From an uncultured Bacillales bacterium (GTDB taxonomy: Bacteria > Bacillota_I > Bacilli_A > RF39 > UBA660), in assembly GCA_946623125.1 (NCBI GenBank), contig CAMOQR010000003.1, forward strand, positions 1 to 57,574: DNA of 57,574 bases, written 5' to 3'. The notes under the pieces were generated by a model, which saw only the letters and a program-made list of their open reading frames with translations, did not search any database and was not told where the DNA came from. Positions 1 through 8,014 of the stretch are shown here, in pieces. Each line of letters opens with the position of its first letter. Within the stretch, counting starts at the first letter, position 1. The position numbers were made by a program, and so were the translations under genes.

Positions 1-2020
1 CAAATGGCATAAATGGATGTAACATTTTTAAAATACCTGTTAATACATAACATAAAGTAGATTTTGTGCTTTCTGTATCAATTGAGTATTTAGCCATCTC
101 AATGTAATAATCACAGAAATAATTCCATGCAAATTCATATATTTCTGCTCCTGCTAGATTAAACTCATATTTATCCATATGTTTGGTTACTGATTTTACT
201 GTTTTTTCATAGATTGTTAAAATCCATTTATCTTCATTTTTTAATGTTTTTAGATTTATTTCTTTTAAATCTTCTATATTCATTAATACAAATCTTGATG
301 CATTCCAAATCTTATTAATGAAATTCCAAGTAGATGTTAGTTTTACTTCATCAAATCTTAGATCCATTCCCATAGATCCATCTGTTGTTAGATAGTATCT
401 TAGAGAATCTGCTCCATATTTTTCTACCATATCAAATGGATCTACTCCATTTCCTAATGATTTTGACATTTTTCTTCCTTGTTTGTCTCTAATTAGTCCA
501 TGAATTAGACAGTCTTTAAATGGTCTTGAGTTTGTTACATATTCTGATTGGAATGTCATTCTGGCAACCCAGAAGAAGATAATATCATATCCTGTTACTA
601 AACAGTCCGTTGGGAAGTATCTTTTAAAATCTTCTGTTTCTTCTGGCCAACCTAATGTTGAAAATGGCCAAAGTGCACTTGAAAACCAAGTATCAAGTAC
701 GTCTTCGTCTTGAATCCATCCTTCTTCTTTTGGAGCCTCCATTCCTACATAAATCTGTCCATCTTTATACCATGCTGGAATTCTATGTCCCCACCATAAT
801 TGTCTAGAAATACACCAATCATATGATATCTCCATCCAGTGATTTAGTACTTTTTCAAATCTTTTTGGGATAAAGTTTACTTTTTTATTTTTATCTTTTT
901 GGAATTTTAATACTTTTTCTGCCAATGGTCCCATTTTTACAAACCATTGTTCTTTTACCATTGGTTCTACCATTACACCAGTTCTTTCACTATGTCCTAC
1001 TTCGTGTACTAATGGTTCTATTTCTAATAAAAGATCTTGTTCTTTTAAATCTTTTAGTACTTCTTCTCTTGCTTCTTCTCTTGTCATTCCTTGATATTTC
1101 TTTGGAACGTTTTCATTCATGGTTGCATCATCATTCATGATTACGATTCTTTCTAGATTATGTCTGTTTCCTACTTCAAAGTCATTAGGATCATGGGCAG
1201 GAGTAATTTTTACGCATCCGGTACCTTTTTCCATATCAGCATGTTCATCTGTTATAACTGGTATTGGTTTATTCATAATAGGTAGGATAACATTTTTACC
1301 CACAAATTTTTTATATCTTTTATCATTTTCATTTACTGCAACTGCAGTATCTCCAAATAACGTTTCTGGACGCGTTGTTGCAACATCTAGATAATCATCA
1401 GAGTCTTCAAGCTTATATTTCAAATGATAAAATGCACTTTTTTCTTCTTTATAGATTACTTCTTCATTTGATAGTGCAGTTTTAGCAGCAGGATCCCAAT
1501 TTATGATTTTTTCTCCACGATAGATTAATCCTTTCTTATAATAATCTACAAATATCTTTCGAACCGCTTTATTTAAATCATCATCTAGCGTAAATCTTTC
1601 TCTTGTATAGTCTACTGATAACCCTAATGCAGCCCATTGAGAACGAATATTATCTCCATATTCATGTGTCCAGTCCCAACATGCTTTTAGGAAGTTTTCT
1701 CTACCATATTCGTATTTATCAATTCCTTGCTCTTTTAATCTTTTTACAACTTTTGCCTCTGTTGCAATGGCTGCATGGTCCATTCCTGGTAACCATAAGG
1801 TATCGAATCCTTTCATTCTTTTATATCTTACAATGGCATCTTGTATCGCTGTATCATAAGCATGTCCTATATGTAGTTTTCCTGTTACATTTGGAGGTGG
1901 AATAACAATACAAAAAGGGGTTTTATCTGATTTATTATCTGCTTTAAAGTATCCTTTTTCTTTCCATCTATTATATTTTTCTTGTTCTACTAATTTATGA
2001 TCATATTTCTTTTCTAACAT
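1..2020 (-). CDS. valS: valyl-tRNA synthetase, N-terminal ~670 codons (3' end runs off the window start)
   Basis: Hand translation of the minus strand from ATG at 2018-2020 gives [25 protein letters not shown]...[18 protein letters not shown] (HIGH) ... KMSKSLGN (KMSKS). The frame is open to position 1. It is absent from the supplied ORF track because no stop lies in the window. A GAGGAAG RBS sits upstream. Confidence 0.9.
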   Translation of the reverse strand, partial: MLEKKYDHKLVEQEKYNRWKEKGYFKADNKSDKTPFCIVIPPPNVTGKLHIGHAYDTAIQDAIVRYKRMKGFDTLWLPGMDHAAIATEAKVVKRLKEQGIDKYEYGRENFLKACWDWTHEYGDNIRSQWAALGLSVDYTRERFTLDDDLNKAVRKIFVDYYKKGLIYRGEKIINWDPAAKTALSNEEVIYKEEKSAFYHLKYKLEDSDDYLDVATTRPETLFGDTAVAVNENDKRYKKFVGKNVILPIMNKPIPVITDEHADMEKGTGCVKITPAHDPNDFEVGNRHNLERIVIMNDDATMNENVPKKYQGMTREEAREEVLKDLKEQDLLLEIEPLVHEVGHSERTGVMVEPMVKEQWFVKMGPLAEKVLKFQKDKNKKVNFIPKRFEKVLNHWMEISYDWCISRQLWWGHRIPAWYKDGQIYVGMEAPKEEGWIQDEDVLDTWFSSALWPFSTLGWPEETEDFKRYFPTDCLVTGYDIIFFWVARMTFQSEYVTNSRPFKDCLIHGLIRDKQGRKMSKSLGNGVDPFDMVEKYGADSLRYYLTTDGSMGMDLRFDEVKLTSTWNFINKIWNASRFVLMNIEDLKEINLKTLKNEDKWILTIYEKTVKSVTKHMDKYEFNLAGAEIYEFAWNYFCDYYIEMAKYSIDTESTKSTLCYVLTGILKMLHPFMPF

Positions 2021-2447
2021 TTTCTTCTTCCTCTTTTCTATATTTTTTATTTTTTCTTTTGGCTTCTTGGATGATTTCTAATAATCCAGATATTTGATCT
2101 GGTTCTTCTTCATTCTCATCTATTACATAGGCTCCTATTAAATTATCATTGAAAAATAAGAATTTATTATTTTCTAACCAATCCATTTGTCTGTTTGTCA
2201 CTCGATTTGGTAGATAAAATATAGCAATTCCTTGGTCTTCTACTGTTTTTATAATCATATGTCCATCTTTGGCAATATCAATTGGTGCCTTTTGATAATC
2301 GCCTTCTGTAAAATGATAAGGTAGTCTATATTTTCTTACAAATTCATCTAAGGCTTCTAAATGATTCATCACAATTTCTTGTTCAAAGCATTCCTCTTTT
2401 ATTTTCTTTTCATTAGGAATAATAATTACTCTTCCTCTTTCTCTCAT
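2001..2447 (-). CDS. hypothetical protein (148 aa), acidic/lysine-rich C-terminus
   Basis: ORF in the track. ATGA start/stop overlap with the upstream HAD gene and a 20-nt overlap with the valS start suggest translational coupling. I recognise no motif. Confidence 0.5.
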   Translation of the reverse strand: MRERGRVIIIPNEKKIKEECFEQEIVMNHLEALDEFVRKYRLPYHFTEGDYQKAPIDIAKDGHMIIKTVEDQGIAIFYLPNRVTNRQMDWLENNKFLFFNDNLIGAYVIDENEEEPDQISGLLEIIQEAKRKNKKYRKEEEENVRKEI

Positions 2448-3010
2448 TCTTCCCCCTCCAATTCTTTTAATATTTCCATCCAGGTATTCACTCGTTTGAT
2501 TCCTTTTTTTTCTAATTCTTTATCATCAATATCTTTGTTATGCCACGCTGTCATTAATAATTTTTTATCTGAATTTTCTAAATTACATATTCGATCATCT
2601 ATCGCAATATCAGAATGAATTAAATTTTTATCACTAATAAAGATGTATTGTTTTGGGGATATGAATGGTAAATATTTTTTTAAATAGTCATATTTTTCTT
2701 TTAGATTTATTCCACTTATGTCTGGGTTACTCTCTTCATAAAGGTATGCTGTGGCAATATATAATTTATACTTTTGATTTAATATTTTAAGAGTCTCATA
2801 ACAATCTTTTAGTAATGGACAATCTCCATAAAATGTATGAGTCGTCATATAGTTCCAAAAGCCACCTTTCTTTTCTTTTGAAATTAGATTTTGGAGATAA
2901 AAATCTTTTTGATCATTTAATTTATAATTGGTATTTAAATATTCATTGATTCTTTCCATGAAATAAGCATCTGTTATACAATTGTCCATATCAATCATTA
3001 ATCGTTTCAT
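2444..3010 (-). CDS. HAD-superfamily 5'(3')-deoxyribonucleotidase-like (NT5C/YorS-like) hydrolase
   Basis: Start moved to MKRLMIDMDNCITD (ATG 3008-3010), which is preceded by AGGAGG. The N-terminal DxD motif (DMD) and ~190-aa size fit the NT5C-type HAD family. Confidence 0.6.
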   Translation of the reverse strand: MKRLMIDMDNCITDAYFMERINEYLNTNYKLNDQKDFYLQNLISKEKKGGFWNYMTTHTFYGDCPLLKDCYETLKILNQKYKLYIATAYLYEESNPDISGINLKEKYDYLKKYLPFISPKQYIFISDKNLIHSDIAIDDRICNLENSDKKLLMTAWHNKDIDDKELEKKGIKRVNTWMEILKELEGEE

Positions 3011-3021
3011 ATTTCCTCCTA

Positions 3022-3245
3022 CAAAAAAACTATTCATCCAAAAGGACGAATAGTTCGTGGTACCACCTTAATTTCTACTATATAAGTAGCTCTTTTTGTT
3101 AACGGAATAACCCGGGAATTCTTACTTATTTTCTGAATTCATGCTCCTCTGCTACCTTCATTATTCTTTTTTGTATTCTTTCACCAACATGAATACTCTC
3201 TTAAAAAAAAGTTATAATTACTCCTCAGATTCCTTGCATCTGCTA
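3022..3245 (-). promoter_or_regulatory. T-box riboswitch leader, Val specifier (GUA)
   Basis: Minus-strand read shows AGAGAGTA and GTTGGTGAAAG stem I elements and K-turn halves GATGC/GCATGA. The specifier loop ends ...AATGAAG-GTA-G before the CTG/CAG helix. T-box sequence AAATTAAGGTGGTACCACG is followed by terminator ACTATTC-N12-GAATAGT plus T7. Confidence 0.85.
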
Positions 3246-3248
3246 GTA

Positions 3249-3277
3249 ATTATAGCTCATTTTTCTTATTTTATCAA
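3249..3277 (-). promoter_or_regulatory. sigma-A type promoter of the Val T-box operon
   Basis: Minus strand TTGATA (3272-3277), 17 nt spacer, TATAAT (3249-3254), directly upstream of the T-box leader. Confidence 0.5.
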
Positions 3278-3281
3278 TAAA

Positions 3282-4148
3282 TTATTCATAAAAATCATCT
3301 AATGGTTCTTTTTCTTCTTCGTCATCTAAGTTGATTTCTTTTTGTTCTGGAACAATATCTTGTAATTCTGTAGAATAATCTACTTTTCCCATTCTAGAGT
3401 TTAATGCTTCTTGTGTTAAGTCATTTCCATAATACTTTTCTGCTTCTCTTCTTGTTCTTGATGCAACATATGGTTGTGGTGATTCTAACGCTTTCGTGTA
3501 ATCGTCATTTTCTAAGGTTTCATTTTTTGACTTGTTATTGGAATGTACTCTATATATTTTAACTGTATTATCCTTTCTTCCATGATGTTTTGCTTTATCT
3601 TTTTCAAACTTTTCATTTAATACTACTGCACCAACTGATCCTATTATTCCTGTTGCTCCAATAGCAATTCCTATTGGTACGGTATCAATAGAATCTGTTG
3701 ATAATTCTTTTTCAACTTGTTGATTTGACTTTTCTTTGTTACTACTATATAGTTCCATATTCAATGATTTCGTTAGGTCTATTGAGTTATTTGTTTTTAA
3801 TGATTTTAAAGATTTTCCAATATCATTTTCTTTATAGAAATCAGAAAGACTATTTACTGTTTCTTCTGTAACCTCTTCTAAATTAATAAAATATTGATTT
3901 GTTTTTTCTAAAGAGTCATATAAACTATTTGTCTTTCTTTTAATAATATTTAAATTATTGTAAATATTATTTAATTCTTCTTTATTTGTAAAGACTTCAT
4001 CATGTTTATAATTAATCTCTTTCATATATTCTTCTATATTTTCATAAAAGGATGTTAAATCAACACTATTAATGGTGTTATTAATGGAATCTAGAATACT
4101 AATGCTATTTGTTAATTTACTATGATCTATATAAACTTTATTATCCAT
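3282..4148 (-). CDS. hypothetical bitopic membrane protein: N-terminal helical/coiled region, one central TM (VPIGIAIGATGIIGSVGAVVL), charged C-terminal part ending in an acidic DDFYE tail
   Basis: ORF with AGGAGG RBS and no signal peptide. It is the last gene of the T7SS-style module. Confidence 0.6.
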   Translation of the reverse strand: MDNKVYIDHSKLTNSISILDSINNTINSVDLTSFYENIEEYMKEINYKHDEVFTNKEELNNIYNNLNIIKRKTNSLYDSLEKTNQYFINLEEVTEETVNSLSDFYKENDIGKSLKSLKTNNSIDLTKSLNMELYSSNKEKSNQQVEKELSTDSIDTVPIGIAIGATGIIGSVGAVVLNEKFEKDKAKHHGRKDNTVKIYRVHSNNKSKNETLENDDYTKALESPQPYVASRTRREAEKYYGNDLTQEALNSRMGKVDYSTELQDIVPEQKEINLDDEEEKEPLDDFYE

Positions 4149-4160
4149 AATTCCTCCTTT

Positions 4161-4631
4161 TTATAAAGAATAAGTTATTTGTTTTTTCTCTTCTAACCTC
4201 TTAATCCTATTTTTTAATATTAATATTTCATTTTCATTTTTTTGTCTATTATTTGATAAGATTCTAATATTATCTTGGTCTCTTTTTATTTGTTCTGTAA
4301 TTGCACTTATTAGTTGTCTTTTTTCTATTTCTTTTTGATTTATTGCTTCCTCTCTTATCTTTTTTAATAATAGAGTATAGGATATTTTTATTTCTTCTAT
4401 CTTGTTGATAATATCTATTGCAATATCGTTGGAAGGAGAATATCCTCCGACATTAAAAGCGTCTTTGGATAATCCCCCTGTTTTTATTTCTTGTTTTAAT
4501 GGTTCATAAATGACTGGATTCATATAGTGTGTGTATTCTTGAAAGTTTGATTGGATCGTTTCTTCAATTTCTGTCGGATTAATTATTTCTTTTGGATCTG
4601 TTTTCCAAGTAATCCATTCTACTTTTGACAT
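4161..4631 (-). CDS. hypothetical coiled-coil protein (156 aa)
   Basis: ORF with AGGAGG RBS. The C-terminal half is heptad-like and Lys/Glu/Ile-rich. No motif recognised. Confidence 0.55.
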   Translation of the reverse strand: MSKVEWITWKTDPKEIINPTEIEETIQSNFQEYTHYMNPVIYEPLKQEIKTGGLSKDAFNVGGYSPSNDIAIDIINKIEEIKISYTLLLKKIREEAINQKEIEKRQLISAITEQIKRDQDNIRILSNNRQKNENEILILKNRIKRLEEKKQITYSL

Positions 4632-4640
4632 ATTTTCCTC

Positions 4641-7496
4641 CTACTCACTTTCTAGTTCATTTAATTCCGGAGATATACTACTAAAATATGGATTATAGGC
4701 ATCTTCCTCTTTATAATATTCATCGTCTGGATGCTCATTTTCTTCCTTTTCTGATGACATTTTTTCAATATCATCTACTGATACATTTAGTGTATTATCA
4801 TCTTGGTCCCAATCATCCGTATAAAAATCATCATCTTCTATAGCATATTCATCTGTTTCTTCTTCTGTATTTTTGTTATCCATATATGCTTTTGCACCGA
4901 TTCCAGCAGCTGCTGCTGCACTGATTCCTGCCGCAATTGGAATGACTGATGATGAGGTTAGTTTTTGTTTTGAAACTGGTTTTGTTCCTGATGGAATACG
5001 ACTATATTTACTATTTTTTATTACTTCATCTATAGATGATGAACCTTTTTTAACAATTTCATCTAGTTCCTCAAGATTTTCTAAGTCTTGTAGTTCTTCA
5101 CTACCGGTTAAGGCAGCTAATTCTCCTAGGGATGAGGATTCTGTTGTTCCACTTGCGTTGTATCCTGATCCTGAATGATTTTCTCCATTGTTTGTTCCAC
5201 CTGTATTTGTTACCGTTCCTGTACCTTTAGGAGAAGGTATGAATTGTTCTCCAAGTGATGTGGTTGGTGTAGATTTTACGATACCGATGTTTCCTCCACC
5301 GCCCGGTGTAGGGGTGGAATGAGGATATGATGGTATTTTGGGAATTGGTGGTGTATATCTATAAGGCGGAGAATATGAATACGATGGGGTATAATACGAT
5401 GGGGTATAATACGTTGGCGTTGCTGTTACTGTAGGTAATAAAGTTGGAGTATACCTTTCTTGTTTGGTTGGGCAATATGTTTGAGATGGACTTGCTGTTG
5501 GTGTTGGAGATGGTGTTGGTGAGTATGTTGGAGTATACTTTGGTTCTTGAGAACTTCCTCCTTGATTTCTCACTTTTGGATATTCTCCGTTTGAATTTCC
5601 ACCTGAATTTCCACCTGAATTTCCGCCTGAATTTCCACCTTGATTTTGTCCATTTGAATATGGTTGTTCTTTATTATTACCACCTGGTGCTTCACCTCCA
5701 GGAGTATTTTCTCCTCCTGGATTTTCAGTTATTGTACGGACTTTTTCTGAAGTTTTTGGTGTGTCTTGGCTTCCCGTTCTTATTGTGTCATTTATTTCTT
5801 GAACAACTGCTTGTGTTGCTTCTCTTGTGTTATTTCCTGGTTTTTGGACTTCTGTTTCTGCCTTTAATTGTTGGTTTGCTACTTCACCTCTTGTTTGTGT
5901 TGCAGTTACGGCTACAACTCCTGGGATGGCTGGTGCTGCTGATGCTGCTGCAGTTGTTGCTGCATGAACAACCGATGCTGGATTAATATTTTTAGCGGCT
6001 TGTACGACTGATGCTGGATTTAGATTTTTGGCTGTTGCTACTACGCCATCTTTTATATTGGTTAAACCATTCTTTACTGAAGTAACAAGTCCTGCTCCTC
6101 CTTCTTTAGCGGTTGTTAGAGCAGCAGTAGCATTGGAAGTTACAGCTGATGCTGCAGATGTTGCAGCACCTTGAATACTTCCGGTAGTCGTTCCTTTGAT
6201 TGCAGAAATCATTGCATCTACGCCTTTTTTTGTAACCTCTGCTTGTTTTGATCCAATTTTTTGACCTAGTTTTGTAAATTTATCAGAGTAACCTTCAATC
6301 TTTATTCCTTTTGCTTCCTCTAAGGCTTGTTTTGCTTTTTCTAACTCTTTAGCATTTCTTGCCACATCATCCGTTGCATCTGCTATTTTTGCAGCAATAT
6401 CATCACTTGAATTTGCAGCACTATTTATAACGTCATCTGTTTTATCTACTACTTTTGATGTCTGTTTTGCAAGATGATTTATAACATCATCCCCTGAATT
6501 CGCGATTCCATTTAAAACATCATCTGAAGAGGATGCAGCATCTTTTTGAAGCATTTGTAATACTTTTTCAGATTTTGCAAGATTATTTGCCGCATCATCT
6601 ACTTTATCTGCTGCTTGTTGAATGGCTTTAGCCTTTGCAAGTCCTGCAAGTTTTTCTCCGGCTATTCCACCAGCAAAGGCAAATGCAGCTTGTGTTGCAC
6701 CTGCTTTCACACTTTTTTTCATCGCCTCATTATAACTTAGACCTGCGTTAAGTCCTTTTTCCATCGTGTTACCTAGACCACCTAAGCCATTTGCTGCTAC
6801 TGCTCCCCATGTTGAGCCTGATGCAGCTTGTAATGCTATGTTACTTGTTAAACCTAAACCTGACGCAGTCGATGCAAGTACTCCTCCTGCCATTAAGTAT
6901 CCTTCCACTTTTCCAACTACTTTAAGTGCTCCTGCTAAACCACTATCTTCCGTAAAAAGACTTTTTTTTGCAAAATCACTATTATAATATACATTGAACA
7001 AATCGTGAGAAAGATCTTTTTTAATAAAGGTTTCTACATCGTTCTGAAATTCATCGAATCCTAGGGCTCCTGCTCCCCATCCAACAACAGTTGTGACTGA
7101 ATCTATTAAATCCTCCCCAACTGATAAAAGTCCTTCTCCTAACTTTGCTAATGACATGATTGTTGTACTTGATATTTTTTCAAGAGCACTTGATTCACTA
7201 TAAATCTTTATTGCATCTGCTTTATCATTTAATTGAAGTGCTATTGAATGAATGGATTCTGTAATACTTTCAAATAGAGAATCATATGCTCCCACTTGAA
7301 TTGTTCCTACATATTGTTGTAATCCTCTTACATTATTTAATTGTTGTAATGCTGCATTAACATTGTCTTGTGCATTTCCTACCACTGTCTTTGCGATACC
7401 ATTTAATTCATCTGTTACAATTGCAACATTATCAAAATTTGCATATACATCTGCTTCTTTATCGTCTCTTCCTGTCAACCATGATATAAATCCCAT
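4641..7496 (-). CDS. giant T7SS-substrate-like protein, paralog 1 (helical N-domain, Gly/Ala-zipper region, Ala/Thr/Ser-, Gly/Asn- and Tyr/Pro/Thr-rich low complexity, C-terminal TM, acidic tail)
   Basis: Start moved to MGFISWLTG (ATG at 7496, GAAGGGAG RBS) to match the paralog start MGFFSWLTG. No signal peptide. The N-terminal ~200 aa and C-terminal ~70 aa align with ORF 8015-9964. Confidence 0.75.
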   Translation of the reverse strand: MGFISWLTGRDDKEADVYANFDNVAIVTDELNGIAKTVVGNAQDNVNAALQQLNNVRGLQQYVGTIQVGAYDSLFESITESIHSIALQLNDKADAIKIYSESSALEKISSTTIMSLAKLGEGLLSVGEDLIDSVTTVVGWGAGALGFDEFQNDVETFIKKDLSHDLFNVYYNSDFAKKSLFTEDSGLAGALKVVGKVEGYLMAGGVLASTASGLGLTSNIALQAASGSTWGAVAANGLGGLGNTMEKGLNAGLSYNEAMKKSVKAGATQAAFAFAGGIAGEKLAGLAKAKAIQQAADKVDDAANNLAKSEKVLQMLQKDAASSSDDVLNGIANSGDDVINHLAKQTSKVVDKTDDVINSAANSSDDIAAKIADATDDVARNAKELEKAKQALEEAKGIKIEGYSDKFTKLGQKIGSKQAEVTKKGVDAMISAIKGTTTGSIQGAATSAASAVTSNATAALTTAKEGGAGLVTSVKNGLTNIKDGVVATAKNLNPASVVQAAKNINPASVVHAATTAAASAAPAIPGVVAVTATQTRGEVANQQLKAETEVQKPGNNTREATQAVVQEINDTIRTGSQDTPKTSEKVRTITENPGGENTPGGEAPGGNNKEQPYSNGQNQGGNSGGNSGGNSGGNSNGEYPKVRNQGGSSQEPKYTPTYSPTPSPTPTASPSQTYCPTKQERYTPTLLPTVTATPTYYTPSYYTPSYSYSPPYRYTPPIPKIPSYPHSTPTPGGGGNIGIVKSTPTTSLGEQFIPSPKGTGTVTNTGGTNNGENHSGSGYNASGTTESSSLGELAALTGSEELQDLENLEELDEIVKKGSSSIDEVIKNSKYSRIPSGTKPVSKQKLTSSSVIPIAAGISAAAAAGIGAKAYMDNKNTEEETDEYAIEDDDFYTDDWDQDDNTLNVSVDDIEKMSSEKEENEHPDDEYYKEEDAYNPYFSSISPELNELESE
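5592..5639 (-). repeat. perfect/near-perfect 12-bp x4 in-frame tandem repeat encoding (GGNS)4
   Basis: tgaatttccacc tgaatttccacc tgaatttccgcc tgaatttccacc read on the plus strand. A neighbouring 15-bp x2 repeat (acgatggggtataat, 5381-5410) encodes YYTPS-YYTPS. Confidence 0.9.
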
Positions 7497-7571
7497 TTTC
7501 CATTCTCCCTTCAAGCACTTTCGTACAATATACCTATCATAATAATTATAAAAAAAAGTTTGTTATTAGTC

Positions 7572-7603
7572 AAATGAAAAAGAGGAGTTTACTCTCCTCT
7601 TTA
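7572..7603 (-). terminator. rho-independent terminator after the DUF4176 gene
   Basis: Minus strand AAGAGGAG-AGTAAA-CTCCTCTT followed by a T-run. Confidence 0.6.
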
Positions 7604-7607
7604 CTAT

Positions 7608-8000
7608 TTAATTATTTGGTTGCTCCTCAGGCTTTTCTTCTTCTTGTTTTTCAGCCTCTAGGCGTTTTTCTCTTTCTTCTAATCCACCAATCAAAATTTT
7701 AGAAATTTCCTTTTGTTTTTCTGTTTCATATCCTTTAAAACATACTTTTTCTATTTGATCATGATTGAAAGCAAATAATTGATCACTTGTTATCATTCCT
7801 TCAGGATAAACACATCCACCATAATCAAACATCTTATCTTTTACATCAACCTTACCATTTTTATCATAGGCATCTCCATTAGGAATAATACAATAGCTTA
7901 TAATCATTAATTCCCTTTTACCACCTTTTAATAGTACTACAGATCCGATTGGTAAAAATTTATTATCAATTTTGTTTTCTTCTTTTATTTCATTTTCCAT
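7608..8000 (-). CDS. DUF4176-family protein (T7SSb/LXG-neighbourhood accessory family)
   Basis: FLPIGSVVLLKGGKRELMII...FDYGGCVYPEGMI...FAFNHDQIEKVCFKGY matches my recollection of the DUF4176 consensus (LPlGSVV.Lk.g.kklmI...fDY.g..yPeG...fFnhedI..v.f.Gy). Confidence 0.7.
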   Translation of the reverse strand: MENEIKEENKIDNKFLPIGSVVLLKGGKRELMIISYCIIPNGDAYDKNGKVDVKDKMFDYGGCVYPEGMITSDQLFAFNHDQIEKVCFKGYETEKQKEISKILIGGLEEREKRLEAEKQEEEKPEEQPNN

Positions 8001-8014
8001 TTGATTTCCTCCTT

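Noticed and set aside
925-1905. Three plus-strand ORFs (925-1140, 1119-1394, 1603-1905) listed in the track
   Set aside because: They lie antisense to, and entirely inside, the clear valS reading frame on the minus strand. Their translations are Leu/Phe/Ser-rich nonsense typical of antisense frames in AT-rich DNA.
3100-3115. Alternative reading of the Val T-box specifier as GGU (Gly)
   Set aside because: The string GAAGGTAG allows GGU-A or GUA-G. The flanking helix is CTG/CAG, which puts GUA followed by a purine directly before the stem. The regulated synthetase is valS, so GUA (Val) is the consistent reading.
5592-5639. Short direct repeats as a possible CRISPR array
   Set aside because: The units are contiguous 12-bp units with no spacers, they lie inside a coding region, and they encode (GGNS)4. 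No cas genes are present.
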